A DNA stretch of 64,000 nucleotides from an uncultured Thermoleophilaceae bacterium. GTDB taxonomy: Bacteria; Actinomycetota; Thermoleophilia; Solirubrobacterales; Thermoleophilaceae. The translations under genes were made by a program, and so were the position numbers. The DNA lies in assembly GCA_963812415.1 (NCBI GenBank), contig CAWEVH010000026.1, positions 68,973 through 132,972 on the forward strand, read 5' to 3'. Positions 17,977 to 27,533 of this stretch are shown piece after piece (the first letter of the stretch is position 1; every line of letters starts with the position of its first letter). The notes below the pieces were generated by a model, which was not told the DNA's origin, made no database searches, and was given only the letters and a program-made list of their open reading frames with translations.

Positions 17977-19168
17977 GTGGGCATCTACCTGCGCATCCTG
18001 CGCACGCCCGGCGTCGCCCGGGTGGTGGTCGCCACGGTGATCGGGCGGCTGCCGATCGGCATCAGCAGCCTCGCGATCCTGCTCTTCGTCCGCGAGACCA
18101 CGGGCTCGTTCGCCTCCGCCGGCCTGTGCGCCGGCGCGCTCGCGCTTGGCAGCGCGGCCGGCGCCCCGCTGCAGGGCCGGCTCGTGGATCGGCGCGGCCA
18201 GAGCGGACTGCTCCCGCTGGCGGTCGCTCACGCGGCGGGGCTCGTCGCGATCTGGGTTCTCGGGGCCGCCGAGGCGCCGACGGCCCCGCTCGCGCTGGTG
18301 TCGCTCCTGACAGGCGCGGCGCTGCCGCCGCTCACGTCGGTGCTCCGCTCGCGCTGGCCCTACCTGCTCGACGCCGAGCTCGTCCCGGGCGCCTACGCGT
18401 TCGACTCCGTGCTCGTCGAGTTCATCTTCGTCACCGGTCCGCTCGTGACCACGGCGGTCGTGGCCACCGTCGGGCCCGAGTACGCGCTCGCCGTCTCCGC
18501 CGCCTGCGTGCTCACCGGCACTGTCACCATGCTGGCCGGTTTGCGCGACAAGCCCGGGCCCGAGCGCTCCGGCGCCACCGAGCGCGCGCTCGGCCTCGGC
18601 GCGCTGGCGGCGCCGGGACTCCGCACGCTCGTGGTGGCGAGCCTGCCCGTCGGCTTCGCGCTCGGGACGCTCGAGGTCGTGCTGCCCGCGTTCAGCGAGG
18701 ACGAGGGCTCGAAGGTGCTCGCGGGGGTGCTGCTGGCGATCTGGTCCGCCGCGAGCGGCGCCGGCGGGCTGCTGTACGGCACGCGCGTGTTCCAGCTGCC
18801 GCTCTCGGAGGTGCACCTGCGGCTGGCGCTCGTGCTCCCGCTCGCCTGCGGGGTGCTGTTCGCGGCCAGCTCTCCGCTCACGATGGGCCTGCTCGTGATC
18901 GTGGCCGGGGCCCCGATCGCCCCGCTGATCGCGTCGCGCAACCAACTGGTCGAGCGGGTGGCTCCCAAGGGCACGACGACCGAGGCATTCACCTGGCCCC
19001 TCACCGCGCTCGTCGGCGGGCGTCTCGCTCGGAGCGGCGAGCGCCGGCGCGCTCGTGGAGGCCTACTCCTGGACGGCGGGCGTGGGCTCGGCGGTTGCGG
19101 TCTCCGCGCTCGGCGCATGCGTGCTGCTCGCCCGCCGCGAGACGCTCGCGCCGGCACTGGCACGTTAG
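17977..19168 (+). pseudogene. MFS transporter with a frame break near 19015..19022
   Basis: Track ORF 17803..19629 reads through 12-TM-like sequence up to ...TWPLTALVGG and then turns Arg-rich. The next frame gives VSLGAASAGALVEAYSWTAGVGSAVAVSALGACVLLARRETLAPALAR with stop TAG 19166..19168. The start at GTG 17977 is uncertain. Confidence 0.75.
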
Positions 19169-19179
19169 GCTCGCCGGCC

Positions 19180-19629
19180 ATGGGAAACATCACCGGTGAG
19201 CGCGTCGTCGAGATCGACGCGCCGATCGAGCGCTGCTTCGCGATCGCGGCGGACATCGACAACGCGATCGAGTGGCAGGGGTCGCTCAAGGACGTGGAGG
19301 TGCTGGAGCGCGGGCCCGACAAGCGTGCCCTGCTCGTGGACACGGAGTCCGACGCCAAGGTCAAGACGGTCAAGGCGCGGCTGCGCTTCTCCTACGAGGA
19401 GCCCACCTCGATCCGCTGGGTGCAGGAGAAGGGAGACACGAAGTCGCTCGTCGGCTCGTGGAGCTTCGAGGACCTCGGCGAGGGGCGCACGCGCGCCACC
19501 TACGCGCTCGAGGCCGACCCGGGTCGGATACTGGGGATACTCCTGCGCGGCCCGGCGGAGGCGAAGGTGCGGGACTTCCTCGTGGGCGACGCCGCCGACG
19601 GCCTCAAGAAGCACGCCGAGGGCGGCTGA
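19180..19629 (+). CDS. SRPBCC (START/polyketide cyclase-like) domain protein
   Basis: MGNITGERVVEIDAPIERCFAIAADIDNAIEWQGSLKDVEV.... ATG 19180 is in frame inside track ORF 17803..19629. Confidence 0.8.
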   Translation: MGNITGERVVEIDAPIERCFAIAADIDNAIEWQGSLKDVEVLERGPDKRALLVDTESDAKVKTVKARLRFSYEEPTSIRWVQEKGDTKSLVGSWSFEDLGEGRTRATYALEADPGRILGILLRGPAEAKVRDFLVGDAADGLKKHAEGG

Positions 19630-19655
19630 GGCTCCCCCGCGGAGCGGGCGCCGCG

Positions 19656-20121
19656 CTAGCCGCCGCGCCGCTCCAGCTCGAGCAGCGCCCGCTTGCGCTC
19701 GAGCCCGCCGCCGTAGCCGGTGAGCCGCCCGTCCGCCCCGATCACGCGGTGGCAGGGCACCACGATCGGAATCGGATTGCGGCCGTTCGCGAGCCCGACC
19801 GCGCGCGCCGCGTGCGGCGCCCCGATGGTCGCGGCCAGCTCGCCGTAGCTGACCGTCTCGCCGTAGGGGATCGCGGTGAGCGCCCGCCAGACGCGCTGCT
19901 GGAACGGCGTGCCGCCGGCGCTCAGCGGCAGGTCGAAGGTCGTCCGCTCGCCCGCGAAGTACTCGGAGAGCTGGCGGCGCGTCGTCGGCGAGCACCCCGG
20001 GCGCCGGCGCGCGCGGGGGACGCTCCTCGTCGTCGAACGCGAGCGAGCGCAGGCCGCCGTCGCCGGCGGCGACGGCCACGAGCGGGCCGAGCGGCGTGTC
20101 GATGCGGATCCGGGCGCTCAT
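19656..20121 (-). pseudogene. ogt: Methylated-DNA-protein-cysteine methyltransferase with a frame break near 19975..19986
   Basis: N-terminus [29 protein letters not shown] is in the frame of ORF 19165..21681. My translation of the neighbouring frame gives ...[19 protein letters not shown]...[36 protein letters not shown] with stop at 19658..19656. The ATG overlaps the alkA stop (ATGA). Confidence 0.85.
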
Positions 20122-21561
20122 GCCAGCTGCGCCCACAGGTGCTGGGTCGCGTAGGCGCGGTAGGGGCGCCAGCGCCTCCGCCGCGGCGCTCGCGGCCCGC
20201 GGGCTTCCGTCACGGCCGAGCCGCTCGAGCGCGCGCCGCACGCCGAGGTCGGTGGGGAGGAACGCGTCGGGATCGCGGAGCGCGCGCATCGCCACGTAGG
20301 CGGCGGTCCAGGACCCGATGCCGGGGAGCGCGAGCAGGCGACGCTCGGTGTCGGCGCGGTCGGCGCCGGGGTCGAGCTCGAGCTCGCCCGCCTCGATCGC
20401 CGCCGCGAGCCCCGCGAGCGCGCGGGCGCGGCTGCGCGGCATCGGCAGCGCCTCCGGGTCGGCGGACGCGATCGCGGCCGTGGACGGGAACAGCCGCGTG
20501 ACTCCGCCGAGCGGCGTCTCGAGCGGCTCGCCCAGCTCGGCCGCCAGGCGCCCGGCGACCGTCGCCGCGCCCGCCACCGACACCTGCTGGCCGAGCACCG
20601 CTCGCAGCGCCAGCTCCGCGCCATCCACGTGGCCCGGCACCCGCCGCCCGGGGGCCTCGCGCACGAGCCCGCCGAGCAGTGCGTCGCTGCCGAGCGCGTC
20701 GACCACGGCCTGCGGATCGGAGTCGAGGTCGAGCAGCCGCCGGCAGCGCTCGACGGCCGCGGCGAGGTCGCGCAGATCGTCGAGTCGCAGCGTGGCCCGC
20801 ACGTGCCCGGCGGCCGGGGACAGCACCACGGTGCCTCCGCCGTGCGGCAGGCGCAGGCTGCGCCGGTACGAGCCGTTCAGCCGCTCCTCCACGCCGGGCA
20901 CGGCGCGGGCTCCCAGGAACGCCAGCATGCCCGCGGCGTCGAACGGCGCCCGGTACGGCAGCCGCAGACTCACCCCACCGCGCTCGGCGCGCGGCGTACG
21001 CGGCCGGCGCCGGCGCAGCTCGCGCGGCGCCAGCGCGAACACCTCGCGGATCGTGTCGTTGAACTGGCGCACGCTCGAGAAGCCGGCGGCGAAGGCGACA
21101 TCGGTGATCGGCAGGGCGGTGGTCTCGAGCAGTACGCGCGCGGTCTGGGCGCGGCGGGCGCGCGCCAGCTGGAGCGGCCCGGCGCCGAGGTTGTCCACGA
21201 GCCGCCGGTGCAGGTGGCGCTCGGTGTAGCCGAGCCGCCGCGCGAGCCCGGACACGCCCTCGCGGTCGACGACGCCATCGGCGATCAGGCGCATCGCGCG
21301 GCCCACGAGGTCGGCGCGGAGATCCCACTCCGGCGAGCCCGGCACGGCGTCGGGGCGACAGCGCATGCAGGCGCGGAAGCCGGCCGCCTGAGCGGCCGCC
21401 GCGCTCGGGTAGAAGACAACGTTCTCGCGCTTCGGCGTGCGCGCCGGGCAGCTCGGCCGGCAGTAGATCCCGGTCGTCTTGACCGCGGTGAAGAACCAGC
21501 CGTCGAAGCGGGAGTCGCGCGCCTCGGCCGCGCGGCGACAGACATCGAAGTCGAGCGTCAT
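20118..21561 (-). pseudogene. ada: Ada (zinc methylphosphotriester domain + AraC HTH) fused to AlkA-type DNA-3-methyladenine glycosylase; frame break near 20174..20178
   Basis: ATG 21561: MTLDFDVCRRAAEARDSRFDGWFFTAVKTTGIYCRPSCPAR..., then an AraC HTH, then HhH-GPD (LLALPGIGSWTAAYVAMR). The natural end ...ERWRPYRAYATQHLWAQLA is in track ORF 20118..20624, a different frame. Confidence 0.85.
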
Positions 21562-21655
21562 GACCCGGGACGATGACAGGCCGCGTCGGTGATTTCTGGC
21601 GGAAATCGGACCTGCATGCGTGATGCACCACGCGGCGACCGGGTACAGGAGGATC

Positions 21656-22561
21656 ATGCTGAAGAAGACACTCCTGCCCACCCTCGCCGCGCTCGTGCTG
21701 CTCGTGCCCGCGGCGCCCGCTCAGAGTCCCGCCCAGAGCTCGATCGCGCTCCCGAACGAGTTCCGCCCCGAGGGCATCGCCGCCGGCAAGCGGGCCACGT
21801 TCTACGTCGGCTCGATCCCGCAGGGCTCTGTCTGGCGCGGCTCGTTCCGTACCGGCGAGGGCGACGTGCTCGTGCCGCCTCACACGGGCCGCAGCCACAC
21901 CGGCGTCAAGTACGACCGGCGCTTCGACAGGCTGTTCGTGGCCGGCGGAATGTCGAAGGGGATCTACGTCTACGACGCGACGACCGGCGCCGATGTGGCC
22001 AGCTACTCGCTGCCGGACGCGGGCTTCGTGAACGACGTGGTGCTCACGCGCCGCGCGGCGTGGTTCACCGACTCTCAGGTGGCCCAGCTCTACCGCGTGG
22101 ACATCGCGCCGGACGGCTCGCTCTCCGAGCCCGTGCGGGTCCCGCTCAGCGGCGACATCCAGTTCGTCGCCGGGCAGTTCAACGTGAACGGCATCGAGGC
22201 GCTTCCCGCCGGGCGGCGGCTGATCGTCGTGCAGAGCAACACCGGCAAGCTGTTCACGGTCCGCGCGAGCACGGGCGTCACGCGCGAGATCGCGCTCGAC
22301 CAGCCGGTGCCGAACGGCGACGGCATCCTGCTGCGCGGCCGCCGGCTGTACGTGGTCCAGAACCAGCTGAACCAGGTGGCGGAGATCAAGCTCGGCAGGA
22401 ACCTGCGGCGCGGACGCACGCGCGCGCGGCTGCGCGACGACCGGCTTGACATCCCGACGACGATCGCGCCCTTCAACCGCTTCATCTACGCGGTGAACGC
22501 GCGCTTCAACCGGCCGGACGTCTCGGACGACGACGTGGTCCGGCTGCGGCCCCGGCCGTAG
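21656..22561 (+). CDS. Secreted hypothetical protein (beta-propeller-like repeats)
   Basis: ATG 21656 follows CAGGAGGA. The signal peptide is MLKKTLLPTLAALVLLVPAAPAQS. Family not recognised with certainty. Confidence 0.7.
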   Translation: MLKKTLLPTLAALVLLVPAAPAQSPAQSSIALPNEFRPEGIAAGKRATFYVGSIPQGSVWRGSFRTGEGDVLVPPHTGRSHTGVKYDRRFDRLFVAGGMSKGIYVYDATTGADVASYSLPDAGFVNDVVLTRRAAWFTDSQVAQLYRVDIAPDGSLSEPVRVPLSGDIQFVAGQFNVNGIEALPAGRRLIVVQSNTGKLFTVRASTGVTREIALDQPVPNGDGILLRGRRLYVVQNQLNQVAEIKLGRNLRRGRTRARLRDDRLDIPTTIAPFNRFIYAVNARFNRPDVSDDDVVRLRPRP

Positions 22562-22620
22562 ATCGAGCCGCCAGGGTAGGCGGCGGCGTCGAACGCCCCC
22601 CGTTCGGGTATGGGCGTCGG

Positions 22621-23586
22621 GTGACCCTCGTCGGCATTCACGCGTCCCACGAGCAGCTTCCGCCGAGCCGCCTGCTCGACGCGGTTCGCCATGCGGAGCA
22701 GGCGGGATTCCAAGGGGGAATGTCGTCAGACCACTTCTCACCCTGGAGCGAACGCCAGGGCGAGTCCGGGTTTGCCTGGTCGTTCCTCGGCGCCGCGCTG
22801 GAGGCGACGTCGCTCGGCTTCGGTGTGGTGAACGCGCCTGGCCAGCGGTATCACCCGGCGATCGTGGCCCAGGCGGCGAGCTCGCTCTGCGAGATGTTCC
22901 CGGGCCGACTCTGGGTGGCCCTGGGCACCGGTGAGGCGTCGAACGAGCACATCACCGGCGGGCGCTGGCCACCGAAGGCCGAGCGCAATGCGCGGCTCCG
23001 CGAGTGCGTGGACGTGATGCGAGCGCTGTTCGCGGGCGAGGTGGTCAACCACGACGGGCTGGTGCGGGTGGACCGGGCCCGACTCTGGACCTTGCCGCCT
23101 GAGCCTCCGCCGCTCATCGGCGCCGCCGTCAGCGAGGAGACGGCGGGCTGGGTCGGCAGCTGGGCCGACGGACTCGCGACAGTCAACCAGCCGCGCGAGA
23201 CGCTCGAGCGCGTGATCGGCTCCTATCGCGAGCACGGGGGGGACGGCAAGCGGCTCGTCCTGCAGGTCCATCTCTCGTGGGCGCGAACCGAGGAAGACGC
23301 ACTGCGGATCGCGCACGACCAGTGGCGTACGAACGTCTTCCCGCCACCGCTGTGCTGGGACCTCGAGACGGTCGAGCAGTTCGACCTCGCGGCGAGCCAC
23401 GTACGCCCTGACGACGTGCGCTCGACGGTGCTCGTCTCCGCCGACCTGGAGCAGCACGCCGCCTGGCTGCACGAGCTCGCGAGCCTCGGCTTCGACGAGA
23501 TCTACCTGCACCACGTCGGTCGGGAGCAGCGCGAGTTCATCGACGCGTTCGGCGAACGGGTGCTGCCGGCGCTCACGGAGTCCTGA
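22621..23586 (+). CDS. LLM-class flavin/F420-type oxidoreductase
   Basis: Track ORF 22621..23586: ...MSSDHFSPWSERQGESGFAWSFLGA...LGTGEASNEHITG... Confidence 0.8.
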   Translation: MTLVGIHASHEQLPPSRLLDAVRHAEQAGFQGGMSSDHFSPWSERQGESGFAWSFLGAALEATSLGFGVVNAPGQRYHPAIVAQAASSLCEMFPGRLWVALGTGEASNEHITGGRWPPKAERNARLRECVDVMRALFAGEVVNHDGLVRVDRARLWTLPPEPPPLIGAAVSEETAGWVGSWADGLATVNQPRETLERVIGSYREHGGDGKRLVLQVHLSWARTEEDALRIAHDQWRTNVFPPPLCWDLETVEQFDLAASHVRPDDVRSTVLVSADLEQHAAWLHELASLGFDEIYLHHVGREQREFIDAFGERVLPALTES

Positions 23587-23588
23587 CC

Positions 23589-25259
23589 GTGCGCATCGCG
23601 CCAACCAGCGACCTGTGGTGGAAGAGCGCGGTGATCTACTGCCTCGATGTCGAGACGTTCCTGGATTCGGACAACGACGGGGTTGGGGACTTCCAGGGCC
23701 TGATCAGACAGGTCGACTATCTCGCCGGGCTTGGCGTGACCTGCCTGTGGCTGATGCCGTTCTACCCCTCCCCCGGGAGGGACGACGGCTATGACATCAG
23801 CGACTTCTTCGGTGTCGACGGCCGCCTCGGAACCCTCGGCGACTTCGTGCAGCTGGTGCGTCACGCGAACGACCGTGGGCTCAAGGTCGTCGTCGACCTC
23901 GTCATCAACCACACCTCGGACGAGCACCCATGGTTCCAAGCCGCACGGGCCGACTCCGACTCCCCCTACCGCTCGTTCTATGTGTGGCGGGATGAGCCGG
24001 CGGACGAGCCCACCGGCATCGCGTTCCCGGACCGTGAGACCAGCAACTGGGAGAAGGACGAGGAGGCCGGGCAGTACTTCCTGCACCGCTTCTATCGCTT
24101 CCAGCCCGATCTCAACGTGGCCAATCCCGCCGTGCGCGACGAGATCGCGAAGATCGTCGGCTTCTGGTTGCAACTCGGCGTGTCCGGCTTCCGCATGGAC
24201 GCGGTCCCGTTCCTGCTCGAGACCGAGGGGCTCACGGAAGCGGTCGAGGGGGACCCCCAGGAGTGGCTACGCGAGCTCCGCGCGTTCGCTGTGCGCCGGC
24301 GCGGCGAGGCGATGTTGCTGGGCGAGGTGAACGCCGAGCTCAAGGCGATTGCCCGCTTCTTCGGCGACGAGGACGGCGATCAGCTGCACATGCAGTTCGC
24401 GTTCCTCCTGAACCAGCACCTCTGGCTCGCATTGGCGCGCGAGGACGCGGAGCCGCTCGAGGCGGTGATCCGCAGCCTGCCGGTGCCGCCACCTGACAAC
24501 ACCTGGGCCACGTTCCTGCGCAATCACGACGAGCTCAGCCTCGACAAGCTCACCGGTCCGCAGCGCCAGGAGATCTTCGACGCCTTCGGACCGGACGAGT
24601 CGATGCAGCTGTACGGCCACGGTCTGCGCCGCCGCACAGCCGCGATGCTCGGCGGCGACGGCCCGCGCCTTCGCATGGCATGGAGCCTGATGTTCTCGCT
24701 GCCCGGGTCGCCGGTGATCTTCATGGGCGACGAGATCGGCATGGGCGAGAACCTCGACCTGCCCGATCGGATGAGCGTGCGCGTGCCGATGCAGTGGTCC
24801 GACGATCCGAACGGCGGCTTCTCAGGGGCTGACGCTGGGGACCTGGTGAGGCCCGTCTGCCAGGGGCCGCTCGGAGCGAAGCGCGTGAACGTCGCCGCCC
24901 AGCGCCGTGACCCCGGCTCGCTCCTCAACTGGATGGAGCGCATGATCCGCCGGCGCAAGGAGACCCCGGAGCTCGGCTGGGGTGCGAGCACGCTGATCGA
25001 GACCGCGGCGCCGTCACTCTTCGCGCACCGCTGCGACTGGCAGGGCTCCACTGTCGTGGCCGTCCACAACCTCTCCGGTAGCAAGGCAAGCGCCACGCTC
25101 GACCTCGGCCTCGCCGGGAACGGCGAGTTTCGGATCGACGACCTGCTGTTCGGCCGCGACCACAAGCCGAACCGCGACGGGACACTGGACGTCGAGCTGG
25201 ACGGCCACGGGTACCTCTGGCTGCGCCTGCTGCGGGCCGACGAGCGGAGCCTCGGATAG
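23589..25259 (+). CDS. GH13 alpha-amylase family enzyme, trehalose synthase-like
   Basis: The four GH13 regions are present: VVDLVINHTSDEHPWF, GFRMDAVPFL, LGEVN, FLRNHDEL. The N-terminus WWKSAVIYCLDVETFLDSDNDGVGDFQGL is typical of TreS/amylosucrase-like proteins. Confidence 0.85.
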   Translation: MRIAPTSDLWWKSAVIYCLDVETFLDSDNDGVGDFQGLIRQVDYLAGLGVTCLWLMPFYPSPGRDDGYDISDFFGVDGRLGTLGDFVQLVRHANDRGLKVVVDLVINHTSDEHPWFQAARADSDSPYRSFYVWRDEPADEPTGIAFPDRETSNWEKDEEAGQYFLHRFYRFQPDLNVANPAVRDEIAKIVGFWLQLGVSGFRMDAVPFLLETEGLTEAVEGDPQEWLRELRAFAVRRRGEAMLLGEVNAELKAIARFFGDEDGDQLHMQFAFLLNQHLWLALAREDAEPLEAVIRSLPVPPPDNTWATFLRNHDELSLDKLTGPQRQEIFDAFGPDESMQLYGHGLRRRTAAMLGGDGPRLRMAWSLMFSLPGSPVIFMGDEIGMGENLDLPDRMSVRVPMQWSDDPNGGFSGADAGDLVRPVCQGPLGAKRVNVAAQRRDPGSLLNWMERMIRRRKETPELGWGASTLIETAAPSLFAHRCDWQGSTVVAVHNLSGSKASATLDLGLAGNGEFRIDDLLFGRDHKPNRDGTLDVELDGHGYLWLRLLRADERSLG

Positions 25260-26681
25260 GTGAGCGACACGGCGCCGAGGGAGACTCCCCTCTACACGCC
25301 CGATCCTGGCGTCTTCGACGAGGCCGTGGCGGCGGACGGCAGCCCGCGGCCTCCCTACGCGGAGCTGCTCTCCGCGCTGGGCGAAGCCGATCTGGAGGAG
25401 CTGAGCGCGGCCATCGCGAGCGAGGTACGGAGGCACGGCGTCTCGTTCCGGGCCGACGGCCGAACCGAGTCGTTCCACCTCGACCCGGTGCCGCGCCTGC
25501 TGGCCGCGACCGAATGGGCCGAGCTCGAGCGCGGTCTGCGGCAACGCGTGCGGGCACTCGACCAGTTCGTCGCGGACGTCTACGGAGAGCGCCGCATCAT
25601 CGCCGAGGGCGTGGTGCCCGAATGGGCGCTCGAGGGCTGCGATCACCTCGAGCCGCGACTCGCCGAGCTCCCGCCTCAGGCGCTCCACATCGGGGTGGCC
25701 GGCCTCGACGTGGTGCGCGGCGCCGACGGCTACCTGCGCGTGCTCGAGGACAACGTTCGCACGCCCTCCGGGCTCGCCTACACGCTCGCCGCGCGCGCGG
25801 TGCTCGAGGCGTCGCTGCCGCAACGAGCGGCCGAGCGCCCTCGGGAGCTCGGCGACGTCGCCGGCGCGCTGATGCGCACGCTGCGCGCGGCGGCCCCGAA
25901 CGCGGGCGCGGATCCGACCGTCGTCCTGCTGAGCGACGGACCGGAGAACTCGGCCTGGTACGAGCACGAGCGGCTGGCGGCGCTGCTCGACGTGCCGATC
26001 GTGACGTTGGCCGATCTCAGCGTTCGTGCGGGGCGGCTCGTGGCCCGGGTGGACGGCAGGCGCAGCACCGTCGACGTCGTCTACCGCCGCACCGACGAGG
26101 ACCGCCTGACCGACGAGCGCGGTGAGCTCACCCCGGTCGGCGCTGCGCTGTTCGAGCCGCTGCGCGCCGGACGGCTCGCCTGCGTGAACGCCTTCGGCAC
26201 CGGCGTGGCCGACGACAAGCTGATCACCGCCTACGTGGAGGACATGGTGCGCTTCTACCTCGGCGTGGAGCCGTCGCTGCGCTCGGTGCGCACCTACGAC
26301 CCGCAGGTCCCGGACCAGCGAGCGACGGTGCTCGACCGCATCGGCGAGCTCGTGATCAAGCCCCGGTCGGGCTTCGGCGGCCACGGGGTGGTGGTGGCGC
26401 CGCACGCGCGACCCGAGGACGTGCGCGCCGCCGGCGAGGCGCTCGCCGCGGACCCGGCGGGTTTCGTGGCCCAGGAGACCGTGGTGTTGTCCACCCATCC
26501 CACCGTCGTGGGCCCGCGCCTCGAGCCGCGCCACGTCGACCTGCGTCCTTTCGTCCTGCTCGCGGGCGATGATGGTCAGGTGGTTCAGGGTGGACTGACT
26601 CGAGTGGCTCTCGACCGCGGTGCGCTCGTGGTCAACAGCTCGCAGCGCGGCGGGGGCAAGGACACGTGGGTGGTGCCGTAG
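25260..26681 (+). CDS. Circularly permuted type-2 ATP-grasp protein (COG2308-like)
   Basis: Track ORF 25260..26681. GTG directly follows the GH13 stop. Family-typical blocks: RPPYAELL, FHLDPVPRLL, VLEDNVRTPSG, GTGVADDK, VIKPRSGFGG, NSSQRGGGKDTWV. Confidence 0.8.
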   Translation: MSDTAPRETPLYTPDPGVFDEAVAADGSPRPPYAELLSALGEADLEELSAAIASEVRRHGVSFRADGRTESFHLDPVPRLLAATEWAELERGLRQRVRALDQFVADVYGERRIIAEGVVPEWALEGCDHLEPRLAELPPQALHIGVAGLDVVRGADGYLRVLEDNVRTPSGLAYTLAARAVLEASLPQRAAERPRELGDVAGALMRTLRAAAPNAGADPTVVLLSDGPENSAWYEHERLAALLDVPIVTLADLSVRAGRLVARVDGRRSTVDVVYRRTDEDRLTDERGELTPVGAALFEPLRAGRLACVNAFGTGVADDKLITAYVEDMVRFYLGVEPSLRSVRTYDPQVPDQRATVLDRIGELVIKPRSGFGGHGVVVAPHARPEDVRAAGEALAADPAGFVAQETVVLSTHPTVVGPRLEPRHVDLRPFVLLAGDDGQVVQGGLTRVALDRGALVVNSSQRGGGKDTWVVP

Positions 26682-26755
26682 TGCGCGAGGGGCCGGGCTT
26701 AGCCCGGACCGGAGCGATGGCATTGCGCGAGGGGCCGGGCTTAGCCCGGACCGGA
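26682..26755 (+). repeat. Tandem duplication of a 32-nt hairpin-containing unit
   Basis: TGCGCGAGGGGCCGGGCTTAGCCCGGACCGGA occurs at 26682..26713 and identically at 26724..26755, separated by a 10-nt spacer. Each copy contains CCGGGC-TTA-GCCCGG. Confidence 0.85.
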
Positions 26756-26767
26756 CGGGGGCAGGAA

Positions 26768-27532
26768 ATGACGCCGCCGCTGGTAGGCGTCTCCACGTCC
26801 GAGGTGCGCACGAAGGAGCACCACGACGTGGTGCCACAGGGCGAGCCGGCCCGCACCGAGCTGGCGCTGGGCGAGCGCTACCTCGAGGCGATCCGCCTCG
26901 CCGGCGCGATGCCCGTGATCCTCGCGCCGGTGCGCACCGGGACGGTGGACATGCTGCTCGACCGCCTCGACGGCCTCTGCCTCTCCGGCGGGCCCGACCT
27001 CCACCCCCATCACTACGGCGCCGCCGAGCACCCCGAGCTCGGACCCACCGAGCCCGAGCTCGATCGCTTCGAGCTCGCCCTGGCGCGCCGCGCGATGGCG
27101 CGCGGGGTTCCGGTTCTCGCGATCTGCCGGGGCATGCAGGTGCTGAACGTCGCCCGTGGCGGCACGCTTCACCAGCACCTGCCGGACCTCGGCGGGGAGA
27201 TCGAGCATCGTCAGCAGCTCGCGGGCCCGCGCACGACGCACGAGGTCGAGCTGGCGTCCACCAGCAGGCTGGCCCGCCTGCTCGGCCTGGAGACGCTCGC
27301 GGTCAACTCGTTCCATCACCAGGCGATCGACGCGCTGGGCGGCGAGCTGCACGTGGTGGGCCGGGCCGCGGACGGCGTGATCGAGGCCGTCGAGACGAGC
27401 GGGCCGGGCTTCGTGTTCGGGGTGCAATGGCACGCCGAGGGTCTCGTCGAGCGGCCCGAGCAGCTGACGCTGTTCGAGGCGCTGGTGCGGGCCGCGTCGG
27501 AGCACGCCGACGAGGCGACGCGGGCGGCCTGA
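26768..27532 (+). CDS. Class I glutamine amidotransferase / gamma-glutamyl hydrolase (peptidase C26, PuuD-like)
   Basis: ATG 26768 lies inside track ORF 26666..27532. Motifs: LAICRGMQVLN (nucleophile Cys), GVQWHAE. Confidence 0.85.
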   Translation: MTPPLVGVSTSEVRTKEHHDVVPQGEPARTELALGERYLEAIRLAGAMPVILAPVRTGTVDMLLDRLDGLCLSGGPDLHPHHYGAAEHPELGPTEPELDRFELALARRAMARGVPVLAICRGMQVLNVARGGTLHQHLPDLGGEIEHRQQLAGPRTTHEVELASTSRLARLLGLETLAVNSFHHQAIDALGGELHVVGRAADGVIEAVETSGPGFVFGVQWHAEGLVERPEQLTLFEALVRAASEHADEATRAA

Positions 27533-27533
27533 G

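Noticed and set aside
21613-21627. TGCAT-N5-ATGCA palindrome in the ada / secreted-protein divergent spacer as an Ada operator
   Set aside because: It is a short 5-bp half-site that could arise by chance, and it does not resemble the Ada box I know from E. coli. I keep it only as a note.
26682-26755. Possible CRISPR array
   Set aside because: There are only two repeat copies with a 10-nt spacer, no further units and no cas genes in the window. I report it as a tandem hairpin repeat instead.
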